Positions 52,901 through 64,000 of a DNA stretch of 64,000 bases are shown piece by piece. The stretch is from Chrysomallon squamiferum (lineage: Eukaryota; Animalia; Mollusca): assembly GCA_012295275.1 (NCBI GenBank), contig CM022679.1, positions 19,592,001 to 19,656,000 on the forward strand. Direction: 5' to 3'. The notes under the pieces are model-generated. The model was not told the origin of the DNA, searched no databases, and was given only the letters and a program-made list of their open reading frames with translations. A program made the position numbers and the translations under genes. Each line of letters opens with the position of its first letter. Position 1 is the stretch's first letter.

Positions 52901-55900
52901 GCTGAAAGTCTTGATTTTGAAACATCAAGAAAATATATTTTTCAGGCAAGATAAAGTTGAGTTGTAGTCATAAAAAGTTGTCAGACACAGACCTTTTTTT
53001 GAAATTTTATTCATATAATGTCACAATAATTTAAAAACTATTTTACTAATATTAATATGTATTTGTCTTTCAAAGTACTCAGTGATATTATTACAAAATC
53101 ATATGTATGGAACAAGCTGTCCTATATACAAAACTTAATACAATGACAAGCTGTTAAATGAAAAAATATTAATATATTTATTTCATTTTTACAGTGTATT
53201 GTAAGGGAAGCCAGTACACCAGAGAAAAGATCAGCTACCACTACACTGACAATCAATGTACTTGACATAAACGACAATGCCCCTGTGTTCCAGGCCACAC
53301 AGTATTACATAGAGAAACCTGCAGGTATCTATAGTGTGCCTGATCCACTTGTTCGGGTAAGTTTTAGATACTAACTTTTCATTATAACTTAGTAACAAAA
53401 TACAAAGTCCCGAAATCATAACAAAATAATTAAAAACTTTAGTATAGCATTAAACTTTTTATATTGTGAGGAGGAAGCTCTGATTTTAAAGCACTTTCCT
53501 GAAGAGCGATGGGTCAGAGGATTAATTCTTCATGGATTCTCTTCTGACTATTATTGCAAGCCAATTCCTAAAAAGAAAGACCAATTTGGGGATATGGCTG
53601 TAAAAGTTACATTGCTTGTAAAAATAATTTGTGTGCTGTAAACATATTTCCTGTTTTGTATTAGCATTATACAATAATAATAATTAGAATGTAATAGTGA
53701 TAAAGTGTCATCCATTGGAAACTTGTTTTTGCATCTCAAAAAAAATGTTTCTTATGGTATATGTTAAATAAAAAATATCAGTGTACATTTTTCACAGGTT
53801 GTTGCAACAGACAAAGACTGGGGAGAGTTTGGGAAGATAACATATAGCATTGCAAGTGTGACCAATGACGAGATGTCAAAGTTTTCAGTTGACAAACAGG
53901 GACAGGTGTCTCTGGTTGGCCAGGTAACTGAGGGACAGTCTTACATTGTGGTTGTAGATGCTGCTGATGGTGGAATACCAGCAAGAAGGTACATCTTACT
54001 TCACTTTATAATCTTCATCTTTTTTGTTTTTGGTATTTTGTGCATTATATTTTTAAACTGGTATTTACAAAATATGACTTAAATCTCAGATTTAAAGTAG
54101 GGATTTTTTGTATAACTGTTTTTTAACTAGTGTCATAGTTTAGGCTAAATAGTTGAAATGAGTTTTAAATTCATAAAAAATAGGTTTGTCAAATAAGAAA
54201 TTAATCTATAAATCTAAGATTCTGTATCTATTTATCAGTATGTCTGAATTTTCATGTCTCTGATTGAAAAGGGCTACAGCTGTTGTTTCTCTGGACATAA
54301 CATCATCAGGCAATAAGGCACCAGTTATAGCCTCAGAAGAATACACAGTGTACGTCAGTGAGGGAATCAGAGAGAACCAAGTGATATTTATAACACCAGT
54401 AAGATGTTATATAACACAATCATATTTATATAATTTCAATTTTCTTGTTAAATTTTTATTTCTAACATTTGTTTCATGTTTTTTTTTCAACTTCAGACCT
54501 ATAGTCTAAATACAAAAAAGATAAAGGAATTTTGGTTGGTTATTATTGGATATATTATATAATTAGACTTTATGTTAGAAAATAAGCTTTACATTACAAA
54601 ATAAATGGTAAAGTTTATTTTCTAACAATAAAGTCTAAATATTAATATATCCAATAATAATGTACAAAAATCCCTTTATCTTTTTTATATTTAGACAATA
54701 GGTCTGAAGTTAAAAAGATTTTTATTTTATTGGTTTGAATTTCATTTATATTTCTTTATTTCTTTATTTTTTGTTGTTGTTGTTTATTATTTCAGGCCAC
54801 TGACATAGAAAATGATCCTTTGTCATTTTCTCTTGTAAACACTAAGATGAGCATGGACAGTACATTTATTATTGGAAGAAATGAGTGAGTTATGTTTAGT
54901 GATATATATTTTTGTTTTTAAAATCAAGGGAATAAAAAAAGTAGGCATCAAAATGAAATTAAAAAATAAAGTTATAATTTTTTTTAGTAATATTTCAGTA
55001 AAAAAAAGATCAACATGGAAACATCTGATTCTTGTTCATGTGTCAGCAAACTGAATTTTAACATTTTAGATTTTTGTTTCTAACTTGTAAAGAAGAATTG
55101 TTTCCATTCTTTGTTCTGTAGTTTTTATATCAAAACATGCATTAAATATAACTACAAAGTTTCCTTAATTTAATAAAAATGTTAAAAAGATAAGAAGAAA
55201 ATTATAAAAATGTCCTAACACAGAATGTTTAATTACAGTGGCAAGGTAACAAATCAAGTGAAACTTGACAGGGAGATAACGGCTGAATATACTTTGAACA
55301 TAACAGTGATTGATACTTCATTTCTGGTAAGTTGTTGTAGCATTAATATTGCACATATATGCATGATAATTTTTTAATCACAACAGATTGAAAATAATAA
55401 TAAACTGACTTCTGTTTCTAACAGTAAAATGGCTGTACTTACAAAATAAAATGTTAAGTGTTTGTATAATTACCATTGAATGCAACAAATTTGCAATCAT
55501 GTATTTTATTCTGTTTATTTTTTATAGAAATTAATAAGTTGTAGAATAAGTGAAATATTTTAATTCACAGATAGATTTCACAATTCTTCATATAATTGTC
55601 ACTGACATCAATGACAACAGTCCTATGTTTACTGGTCCTGGTCTTGTTGGAAACACATACACCTTTAGTGTCAAAGAGGGTTTGACTCCTCCTAGAATCA
55701 TTGGCAAAGTTCAGGTAAAATTATACCAAAAAAATAACAATTTTTTTTTATTTCTTTTCCAAGATCTAAAACAACTCACAGAACACCTCAGTTTTATCTG
55801 AAATAATTAAAAACAAAAATAGGTTATAAAATCTCAGGAAATTTGAGGTAATAATTTATAGAATTGTAATGAAATATATGAAAGAAGATAAAACAGTTTT

Positions 55901-58900
55901 GTTCAGATGATAATTACTTACAGAACATCAAATAAATTTCAGCTTTTCTTGTTGTCATTAATTACTTGCATACATGAGAAGAAAGTCATTACAAATTTTC
56001 TTTTAAAATTATTATTTTCTAAACTTTTAATCTTATTTTAAAAATAGGGTTTTAATATTAACCATCAAAGAATTTTATTAATTCAATTTAGGCATCTGAC
56101 ATGGATGAACCAAAGACACCACGATCAGAGGTGACATATGGAATCCACAGTCTTGGCTCAAAGCTTTTGTAAGTTTGTCACAGTTGTTATAATTTCTAAA
56201 CAAGTATTACACATACAGTCATCTGGTGATAAAAAGCCAGATGAAATAAGACATTAATCTTTAAATCATAAAAACATTCCACATCATCAAGCTAATCTTC
56301 ATTTCTGAGAACATATTAATTGTGTTTACCTCACTTTTACTTTTTTCCATATTTTAAAATTACCAATACATATTTTATTTAACGATATATTATAATAATC
56401 CGAAAATCTGGGATCAGATCTGAATATTTAAATTTAAATTTTAAAATGAAAACTGAAATCTTTATTCCTTATCACATTTTTTCAAGTTTACAATATTTTT
56501 AATTGACAACTAAATTAAAAGTATTGAGTATATAAAAGATGTTTCCTTAGCATCATAATAAAACAGAATAAATCTTTTTTACTAAGTGTATTGTTAAGTT
56601 CCTGTAAAAATCACAGAAAAGTTGTATAATTTGTTGTTATTTAAAAGTCGACAGTCATCATTATTATTTTATTTTATTTTTTTCCATTTTAGTTTTTCAG
56701 TTGATTCAAATTCAGGGCAGCTTACAATGTCACGACCTCTTGATTATGAAACCCTGCAGAAACATGTTTTCCTGGTTGTGGCTCAGGATTCAACAAGTGA
56801 TTTTCGAGTAGGAACTGCTACTGTTGAAGTAGATGTTTTAGATGTTCAGGACTCCATGCCAACATTTGAGCCTTTAACATACCATGGAACAGTCCAGGAA
56901 GGAGTGGAGAATGCTGCAATACTGAAAGTGCATGTTAGTTGTCTTTTATAATTATAAAGTCATTTAAATTTTAAAATATTTTCTTAAAGAAAAATAATAA
57001 CCATCAGTATGCTTTATGATATAAGTTCTGTAAAATTAAGTAATTTCTTATTTAAATAAATTATTAATAATAATCTTTCTTATCTTAATCTACAATTAAA
57101 TAACGATCTTTATTTTCTACCACCCAGAATGAAATAATATTTTATATATTTCCATCATATGTCATGTAGAATGTTCATTTTTAATTTTAAAAGTTTTATT
57201 GTTTGATACACACCTAATCCTGCTACTTACAGACTACTGCAGGTTGTAGAAGAATAAGAAACACTGTTTGTTTCAGGCTATGGATGCTGATGAGATTGAT
57301 AACATTGTATATGAGCTGGTGGATGTTTATCATGGAGCTTTCAAGATTGATCCCCAGTCAGGACTTATATCAACTAACAAACCACTGGACTATGAAACTC
57401 TCAACAGCTATGTGCTGCTGGTCACTACATCTGATGCCAAATCTCTACCAGGAACACTTTCTGCTACTGCCACAGTTACAATAGCTGTCTTAGTATGTTT
57501 TCTAGAAATTTTCTTTTTAGTAAATTTGTATTTCTGGATAGTTTGTTTTCTTTTTAATCTTTTCTTCTTCTTATTATTATTATTATAATTTTCTTTTTCC
57601 TCTTTGTCATTGTTACAGCAATATTTTTATTATATTTGTCCATAGTTGTAGTAACTGATATATGTTCATAAAAGTGGCTAGTTTTTGAAGCATTATAATT
57701 TCTCAGTGCCAACCCTCCTCTGAGCAACTTTAACAAGCAAACAATATAAACACCAAATCAGTAAGAAATACTGTAAACAATTTCAGGATGAGAATGACAA
57801 CACTCCAGTGATCTCTATTACAAGAGGAACTTCCAATATCACAAAACTTGAGAACCTTCCTATTGGTTCTCTTCTTATGGACTTTGATGCCACTGATGGG
57901 GATCCACCAGTAAGAAGATTTATTTAACTTTCTACTTATGAAAATGATTATGTTAAATATGTCTAGCATAACTACTAAATTGTTCAGTGAAAAAGAAAAC
58001 AAATATATGATTGTATTATCTTTTTTATTTGTTTATTTTACAGGATGAAGCATTTTTTCTATTCTGCCAAAAGCTGATTGTTATTTAGACCAAATATTTT
58101 GTCAGTTGTTTTGTTTATAACAAAATTTCTAATAAATACACATTTGAAATTATTAGATTTTGTAATACAAGTAAGAATTAAATACAAACAAAAAAACACC
58201 AAGAAGATTTGTTATGAATGTTTTAGAAATATTAAAAATAAGTTTGAAAAAATAAATATTTTTTTACTGCTCAATCAATATTAATTCACTGCATCTTAAA
58301 ATTGGATTTCTATTTTAATTACAACATTTTAGATTTTAATCTCTTTTGCAGAATACTCTGAACAGTAGAGTGTTTTTCAGATTAGACAAGACATTAGTTT
58401 CACCTTCCTCAGGAGCCGATTTGTTTTTTGTGAACTCCAAGACAGGAGAACTCTTCCTCTCCAGAGAGTTTAGCAGTGACCCTGATGTTAAGAAATATGA
58501 GGTACCTATATACATTTCAGCTGTGACAAGAATGTTGATTTAAACAGTATATTTCTGAAGGTATTTTTAAATTATATAAATGTTAATTGTTTATTTTTTA
58601 ATGCAAGTGTAATATAAACAAATTATTTCCACAATTACAAGTAAATAAGAACAGAACATGAAATTATTTTGACGACAGATTGTCAGGTTTTTAACAATCG
58701 GGTCTCTGTCTTAGATGTTAGTGTTTGCAGAAGATGAAGGCAAGCCAAAGCTATCATCTAGCATGTCACTGACAGTTAATGTAATCAGAAACTCACCACC
58801 AAGATTTGAACCATTGTCACTGACTGTGACTGTCAGAGAAGATGTTGGTGTGTCATCTAGAGTGGGCAATGTCAGGGCAGTAGAGGATGATACTGTGGTA

Positions 58901-59577
58901 TTTATATCTCTATACTTACTTAAATGTCGTTATACTAATTTAATCTTTTAATTTACATCCTACAGATATTTTGTAAATAAATTTTAATTAATTTCTTTCA
59001 CTGAATAGATCATTTACTGCATTATTAAACCTGGTCTGGAGATACAGCTGGATATAACTATGCTTTATATGGATTCTTTAGATATTTAGCAAACTCTTAT
59101 TGGCAATTTATTTGTCTGAATAGAAATTTAAAAAGAATTTATTTAACTAGTTTTGTTGTTAAATCTATCTGTATTATGATTATTTTTTAAGACAGAAAGA
59201 TTAGTTTCTTTATAATATTCATGTGACAGTGGTTTTAGTTTGTATTTTATTTAGAGTCCTTTCAATTACCTGAGTTACACTCTCACTGGCGATGGTCCTG
59301 CACTGGACTTTTTTTCTGTGAATGTTGGAACGGGAGAAATCAGTGTTCTCAAGGCTCTGCATAAAGATACTCTGTTTTCTTTCACTGTAAGACTCAGTAA
59401 AGTTTTACTACTTTCAAATATTGTTCTTCTTATTTGTTTTATTATTTTCTGGTATTATAAATTTGCAACAAAATAATTTATTTTAATTCAGATTTAACTA
59501 GCTAATGATTATACTAATACAACAATATATATATATGTATGTATGTATGTATGTATATATGTATGTATGTATGTATG

Positions 59578-59609
<32 letters not shown>

Positions 59610-61047
59610 TGTATGTATATATGTATGTATGTTTGTATGTATGTATGTATCCACATGCACACATACATACATAAGATGCTCAACTGATTTTATTGAAATT
59701 TCAAAACATTTATATTTACAGCTTCGCGTTGTGGCCACTGATGGAGGTGGGTTGTCAGCAACAGCTACAGTGACAGTGGTCGTTGAGAGGAACCTGCACC
59801 CTCCAGAGCTGTTACAAGTGACCTACACAAAAACAATATTTGAGAATGAAGCTCTCAGTCAACCCATTGTTACCATACAAGCAAAAGATGATGATTTCAA
59901 TGTATGGTTTTATATTTTAAAATATCTTTTAATCTCTGAAGTTTCATTTAGCACAGTCTCTTTTTGATGTTGGATTCTGATATTTTTGTGAAAGACTTCA
60001 TCTATAAAACAAAAGTAAACATAATACAGAAAAATTGTTTGTAAAAATCTACATAGTAATAATTTTATTGGTAATAATTTAGTTTGTAATACTGTTCATG
60101 GATAATTATTCTTTGAAATTTAACAGTTACAAATTTTTAAATGTATAACAAAATGATGTTCATCAAAAATATCTTAATAGTTAAAAACTGAAAAATATTT
60201 AATTTAAAAAAATATAAAAATCTTAAATAAAAATATATTTTGTAATGTCATTCTACATTTTTTCAGTCCTGAAATATTTTTACTTCTGTTTAGTAGTTCT
60301 CTGGCTTTTTTAATTTATGTTCCAAGTTGATTGGGTTTCATGTTGTTTATTTTTTAATTTTAATTTAATTTTTTAATTTTAATTTTTTTTATTGTTTGTT
60401 TGATTTTTTTATTTGTAGGCTCCCCACAATGAGATTGTGTATTCTGTGACTGGTGATACACTGGCTGAAAAATATTTTGGTGTTGATAACAAAGGAAATA
60501 TTTTCTTGATAAAATCACCTGTTGAAGAACCCACCATTAGCCAGTTTAATGTGAGTTCCAGTCTTCATATATATATATATATGTATCTGTGTGTGTGTGT
60601 GTGTGTGTCTATTTGTTTATTTATTTATATATTTAATTTTTTTTTTTTTTTTGCAGTCTATGGATATATTTATTTATTATTTATTTTTGTTAGTAGCAGA
60701 CATGATTTTATTTACTAATATATTTATGATTGTCAATTTTATTTATTTATTTAGATATTTTTCATTTGTTTTACTGGCTTTTTAAAATTTATTTAAATGT
60801 TTAAATTATGTAAATCCTCATAATCACTAACTTGTTCACAGGTAACAGTTAAGGTGACAGATAAAGGTCTACCTGCACCACTAGCTGCTGTATCTAGTCC
60901 AGCCCGCATCACTGTCCCAGTGATAAGAAATTATCACCCTCCAGTGTTTTTCAAAGACCAGTATAAAGTGACCATCCCACAGACTAAACCTATTGGCCAC
61001 TCAGTACAGCAGGTTACAGCCACAGACAGTGATACTCAGGTATAATT

Positions 61048-61085
<38 letters not shown>

Positions 61086-63959
61086 AATAATTATATTTGC
61101 ACTTAGTTACAGGTAAAGTAAAATAATATACAAAAAGGCAAAAGGTAAAAATAACTGATGATATATTTTACTACCTTGAATGAAATGTTACATCTTGGAA
61201 AGATAAATGTCCAAAGTTATTGAAAAGGACAATATTCTTTGAAAAGGATGGAACTATCATATGTAAGGTCACACAGAGTGAAGGTCACACAGTCAGTGGT
61301 GAGTGCAGCACTGATGCATGCCAGCACTGTCTCTCACTGAGGCACTAAACTCTGGAGAAGGTTCCTGGAAATGCCACTGCAGATCAGAGCAAGGATAAGC
61401 GAGAATTCATGAAGTGTTGGTGGAGGATTTGAACACATGACTTGATGTTTCAAGCATTCCTATAACTCACCATCAGTAATTTACACTGAGACATGTAATG
61501 ACAAAATTGCTTCAAATAGATAACTAATGCTTATCTTCTCCCTTCTGGAGTTCTGAAGGCCACTCAGAGTGGCTGTAATTTGCGACTGAATATGTGGCCT
61601 TTATGGTGAACGCAGGACAGGAACACCTGAATATTCCATGTTACTTGCAAAAAGCAAGCAATCCCTGAAACAACTGCTTGGTTGTATTTCTTCAAACTGT
61701 CTTGTGCACATTTTCTTTGTTTTACTTTCATAAATCCATTCACAAATTTATTACTACAAAATCCATGTAATAATAACTTTTGCCTTTTACTATAATAAAA
61801 AATTATAAAAACAAAATAGTTGTCTCATTATAATGATCCTATGTGTAGATATGAAAAATATTAAATCCCTTAAATTTAATTATAATGCTTATTATTATAA
61901 ATCAGGTTTATAAAATCTTTCCATGCCCTAGGTTTTTATTTTTTATTTTTTTATTATTATGAAAAAAAAATCTTTTTAGGTTAGTATTTTATAATTTTTC
62001 TTATAGCCATGATCATATATAAAATGAATGTAACAATTTCTAACTGACTTTTTAATCCAATTTAGACTGATTTTCTTGTTTTAGGGAAAATATGGTAACA
62101 TTCAGTACAACATTATTGGTGATGGATCTGCTCTGACATATTTTGAGATTGGTAAATCCAGTGGATTGATAACAGTTCACACTGACCTGTCTACTACTTC
62201 CATACAAGAGTTTACAGTAAGTCATTTCAAATATTTTCATCGTAATGTAACAGCAAAGCCAGATTTAAAAAAATCTGATTTGTTTATTTCATGTTTATAT
62301 GTTTAAAGATTTGTGATATCGTTACAATAATTTTCTTATCTTTTATCCATAAATGCAGTTAAAAAAAAGGTTTTTACTTATGCCATGAAAGTGAATGAAA
62401 TGTAAAATATTCCTATTTCTGTGAATTTGCAAGAGATAAACTTAGAAGTTCTAGTAATCATTGTACCATGTTTCATAAGCCTAAATTCTACATTTATCAG
62501 TGTAGAGGAAAAGAAGTGTGGCTGGAATAGGATAGTTGAAGAAGCTATAACCAGAACAGGAATTTTGTATTTTGATCTCTCCCACTGTTAATTATGATGT
62601 AAAATCCATTTACACAAGATATATTGCATACTGCAAAACATAGCAAGTAAGGAAATAATTACAAAATGATGCTGCTGTAAAAATTAAATGGCACGTTAAC
62701 TGACCAAACATGATGGAAGAAAAATAAGTGATTGACTGTTTATACAGTAGGAGCTCAGAGTTGTAATTTGACCCACACAATGTTCAGGTTGTATTTTCTG
62801 TCACCTGTTACAGGTGCGAGTGGTGGCAGCAGATGGAGGTGAGCCAGCGAGATCTGCCACAGCTCTTGTGTTTGTCACAGTCCTGAGAAACTTTGAGGCT
62901 CCTGTCTGGTCCCAGCAGACCTACACATCCAGAATACCAGAAACAACATCTGTACTGGACAAAGTGCTAACTGTCAAAGCTGTTGATGGAGATCCCAGGG
63001 TATATGTTGTATAAATAATAAATTAATTTTATAAATATTTCATCTGTATATGAGATATATATTATTTGTTGTTATTATTATTATTATTTTTTTTTTTTTT
63101 TTTTGAAGATTTTAGATTAAATTCTAAATTACTAAAATATTCTTTTTAATTTTTTTTTTTTTTAATAATTTGTATTTCAAATTATATTCAAAATTTGTTG
63201 TTTTCACTGTCTTTTTTCAAACTATTATCAGACTTACAAAGAAGAAATCATGAATCATCATTGCTTTCACAATATCAGTGTTTTCTCTGTTTATTTCTAG
63301 CCTCCAAACAATGATGTATATTATCATTTAAATGGAAGTGATGTGTCTCTTTTCTTCTTTGAAATTGACAAAATAAAAGGTGCAATTAAAATCAGACGAT
63401 CTCTGACCCTAGATAAATCAAGACCAAACCAGTATGAAGTGAGTATTTTTAATCATTTTTTAATCCAATCTAGTCTAACTAAATTTGAAAGTCTTGGAGT
63501 TAGAAATAATGAGAAATTATAGATAAAGTAAATTTTGTTTTTGTCTTGTTTATGTTTTATTGTAGTTATCTCTTTTAGCAACAAATAAAGAAACCAGTTA
63601 ATTCAATCTCACCTGATTGCAATTTGTTTTCATGTTTATGCTATAGATTTGAAATCATAAGTAAATAGAGTTTAATATTTTATGTCATTTTATTCTGTTT
63701 TATTGATTAAACATGAAGTTGTAACTAATTTCTGTCCAGTCTAACTGAGTTTTGACTGTTTCTCCAGTTCACTGTTAGAGCTACAGACGGTGGGACTCCC
63801 TCACTGACCTCATCAATCAACATCCCTGTGAGGATCCAGGTGTACAGAAACAACCAGGCACCCAAGTTCACCAGAGAACACTATCAGCAAATCATCCAGG
63901 AAGGAATAAAGTCAACAGATAGCTTGGTTACACTAAAGGCTGAGGATAATGACCCTGAT
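43984..63959 (+). CDS. Cad99C: Cadherin B, Cad99C/protocadherin-15-like head extended by extra EC repeats; at least 14 EC, runs off the window end
   Basis: Exons: 43984-44062 (MMRSLLLLLTFSHLLIPTKQ), 45227-45304, 46758-46951, 48418-48495, 49267-49359, 49755-49862, 50311-50439, 50707-50874, 51162-51279, 51742-51878, 52264-52467, 52811-52945 (GC donor), 53195-53356, 53798-53988, 54272-54398, 54796-54884, 55239-55326, 55571-55714, 56092-56168, 56693-56933, 57277-57492, 57787-57909, 58352-58501, 58715-58897, 59255-59386, 59722-59901, 60419-60550, 60842-61039, 62085-62216, 62814-62999, 63301-63438, 63768-63959. Continuous frame of about 1534 codons. VNELTPVGTTLF and IQASD...TTLTITITDGDDLPP..C..GACFNPEY are Cad99C/PCDH15 signatures. 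Confidence 0.92.
45488..46509 (-). mobile_element. Internally deleted Tc1/mariner-pogo-like DNA transposon in a cadherin B intron
   Basis: TIRs GGGTAAGGTGGGGTAACTCTGACCCC and GGGGCCAGAATTACCCCACCTTACCC (2 mismatches), with TA on both flanks. Internal GGCCAGAATTGCCC repeats. The K/E-rich ORF 45678-46007 resembles the linker of pogo-type transposases. Confidence 0.85.
47023..48074 (+). mobile_element. Internally deleted Sola2-like DNA transposon in a cadherin B intron
   Basis: TIRs of about 80 bp (GGGTCATTCCRTGTCAAATCACCC...CCCGACCGTCTCAGATTTTTAT) and a 4-bp TTTT duplication. Internal remnant IIQFYESDEKSRMCLGMKDTVSI*...KHQKHLVLSNLCELY (about 47327-47464) matches the FY..D..SR..PG.KD.VS..QK..L.NL.ELY motif I associate with Sola2 transposases. 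Confidence 0.8.
54483..54716. mobile_element. ~230-bp foldback (MITE-like) palindrome in a cadherin B intron
   Basis: AACTTCAGACCTATAGTCTAAATACAAAAAAGATAAAGG pairs with CCTTTATCTTTTTTATATTTAGACAATAGGTCTGAAGTT. The inner arms also pair, up to a short loop near 54600. Confidence 0.8.
59516..59650. repeat. (TATG)n microsatellite
   Basis: Directly visible; source of the MYVC-repeat ORFs. Confidence 0.95.
61200..61490 (-). mobile_element. Possible decayed tRNA-derived SINE
   Basis: Minus-strand B-box-like GTTCAAATCC (61425-61434) with a weak A-box upstream, in a GC-richer intronic block. Confidence 0.3.
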
Positions 63960-64000
63960 GTTAGATTATTAATAATAAAGTGTTATTAATATTTGTCATG

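Overview
AT-rich, intron-dense animal genomic DNA, probably a lophotrochozoan such as a mollusc (inferred from cadherin repeat style, transposon types and microsatellite load). Three genes can be rebuilt by hand from splice sites. (1) A small + strand single-pass receptor (1742-4882, 5 coding exons, about 174 aa) has one 8-cysteine domain spaced like the Grindelwald/TNFR CRD and a tandemly duplicated N-glycosylation micro-exon. (2) Cadherin A (- strand, 26180 to 12045, 21 coding exons, signal peptide plus about 8 EC repeats) is Cad99C/PCDH15-like, and no further cadherin exon is visible before the window edge. (3) Cadherin B (+ strand, 43984 to beyond 64000, 32 coding exons seen, at least 14 EC repeats) is an old paralog arranged head-to-head with A. 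A and B share all 20 intron positions and phases over the first 21 exons; B then continues with a regular two-exon-per-domain array of non-canonical EC repeats. Main signals the ORF track misses: an intact phase-1/phase-1 LDL-receptor class A exon in the intron after A's signal-peptide exon, a possible stop/polyA terminal exon that would make A secreted, a damaged exon 16 in A, and an orphan Cys-rich exon near 6 kb. The window also holds Sola2-like, pogo/mariner-like and hAT remnants, a foldback element, a ~690-bp tandem array and several minisatellites. All gene models are manual and untested against RNA data, and family calls rest on remembered motifs rather than database searches.
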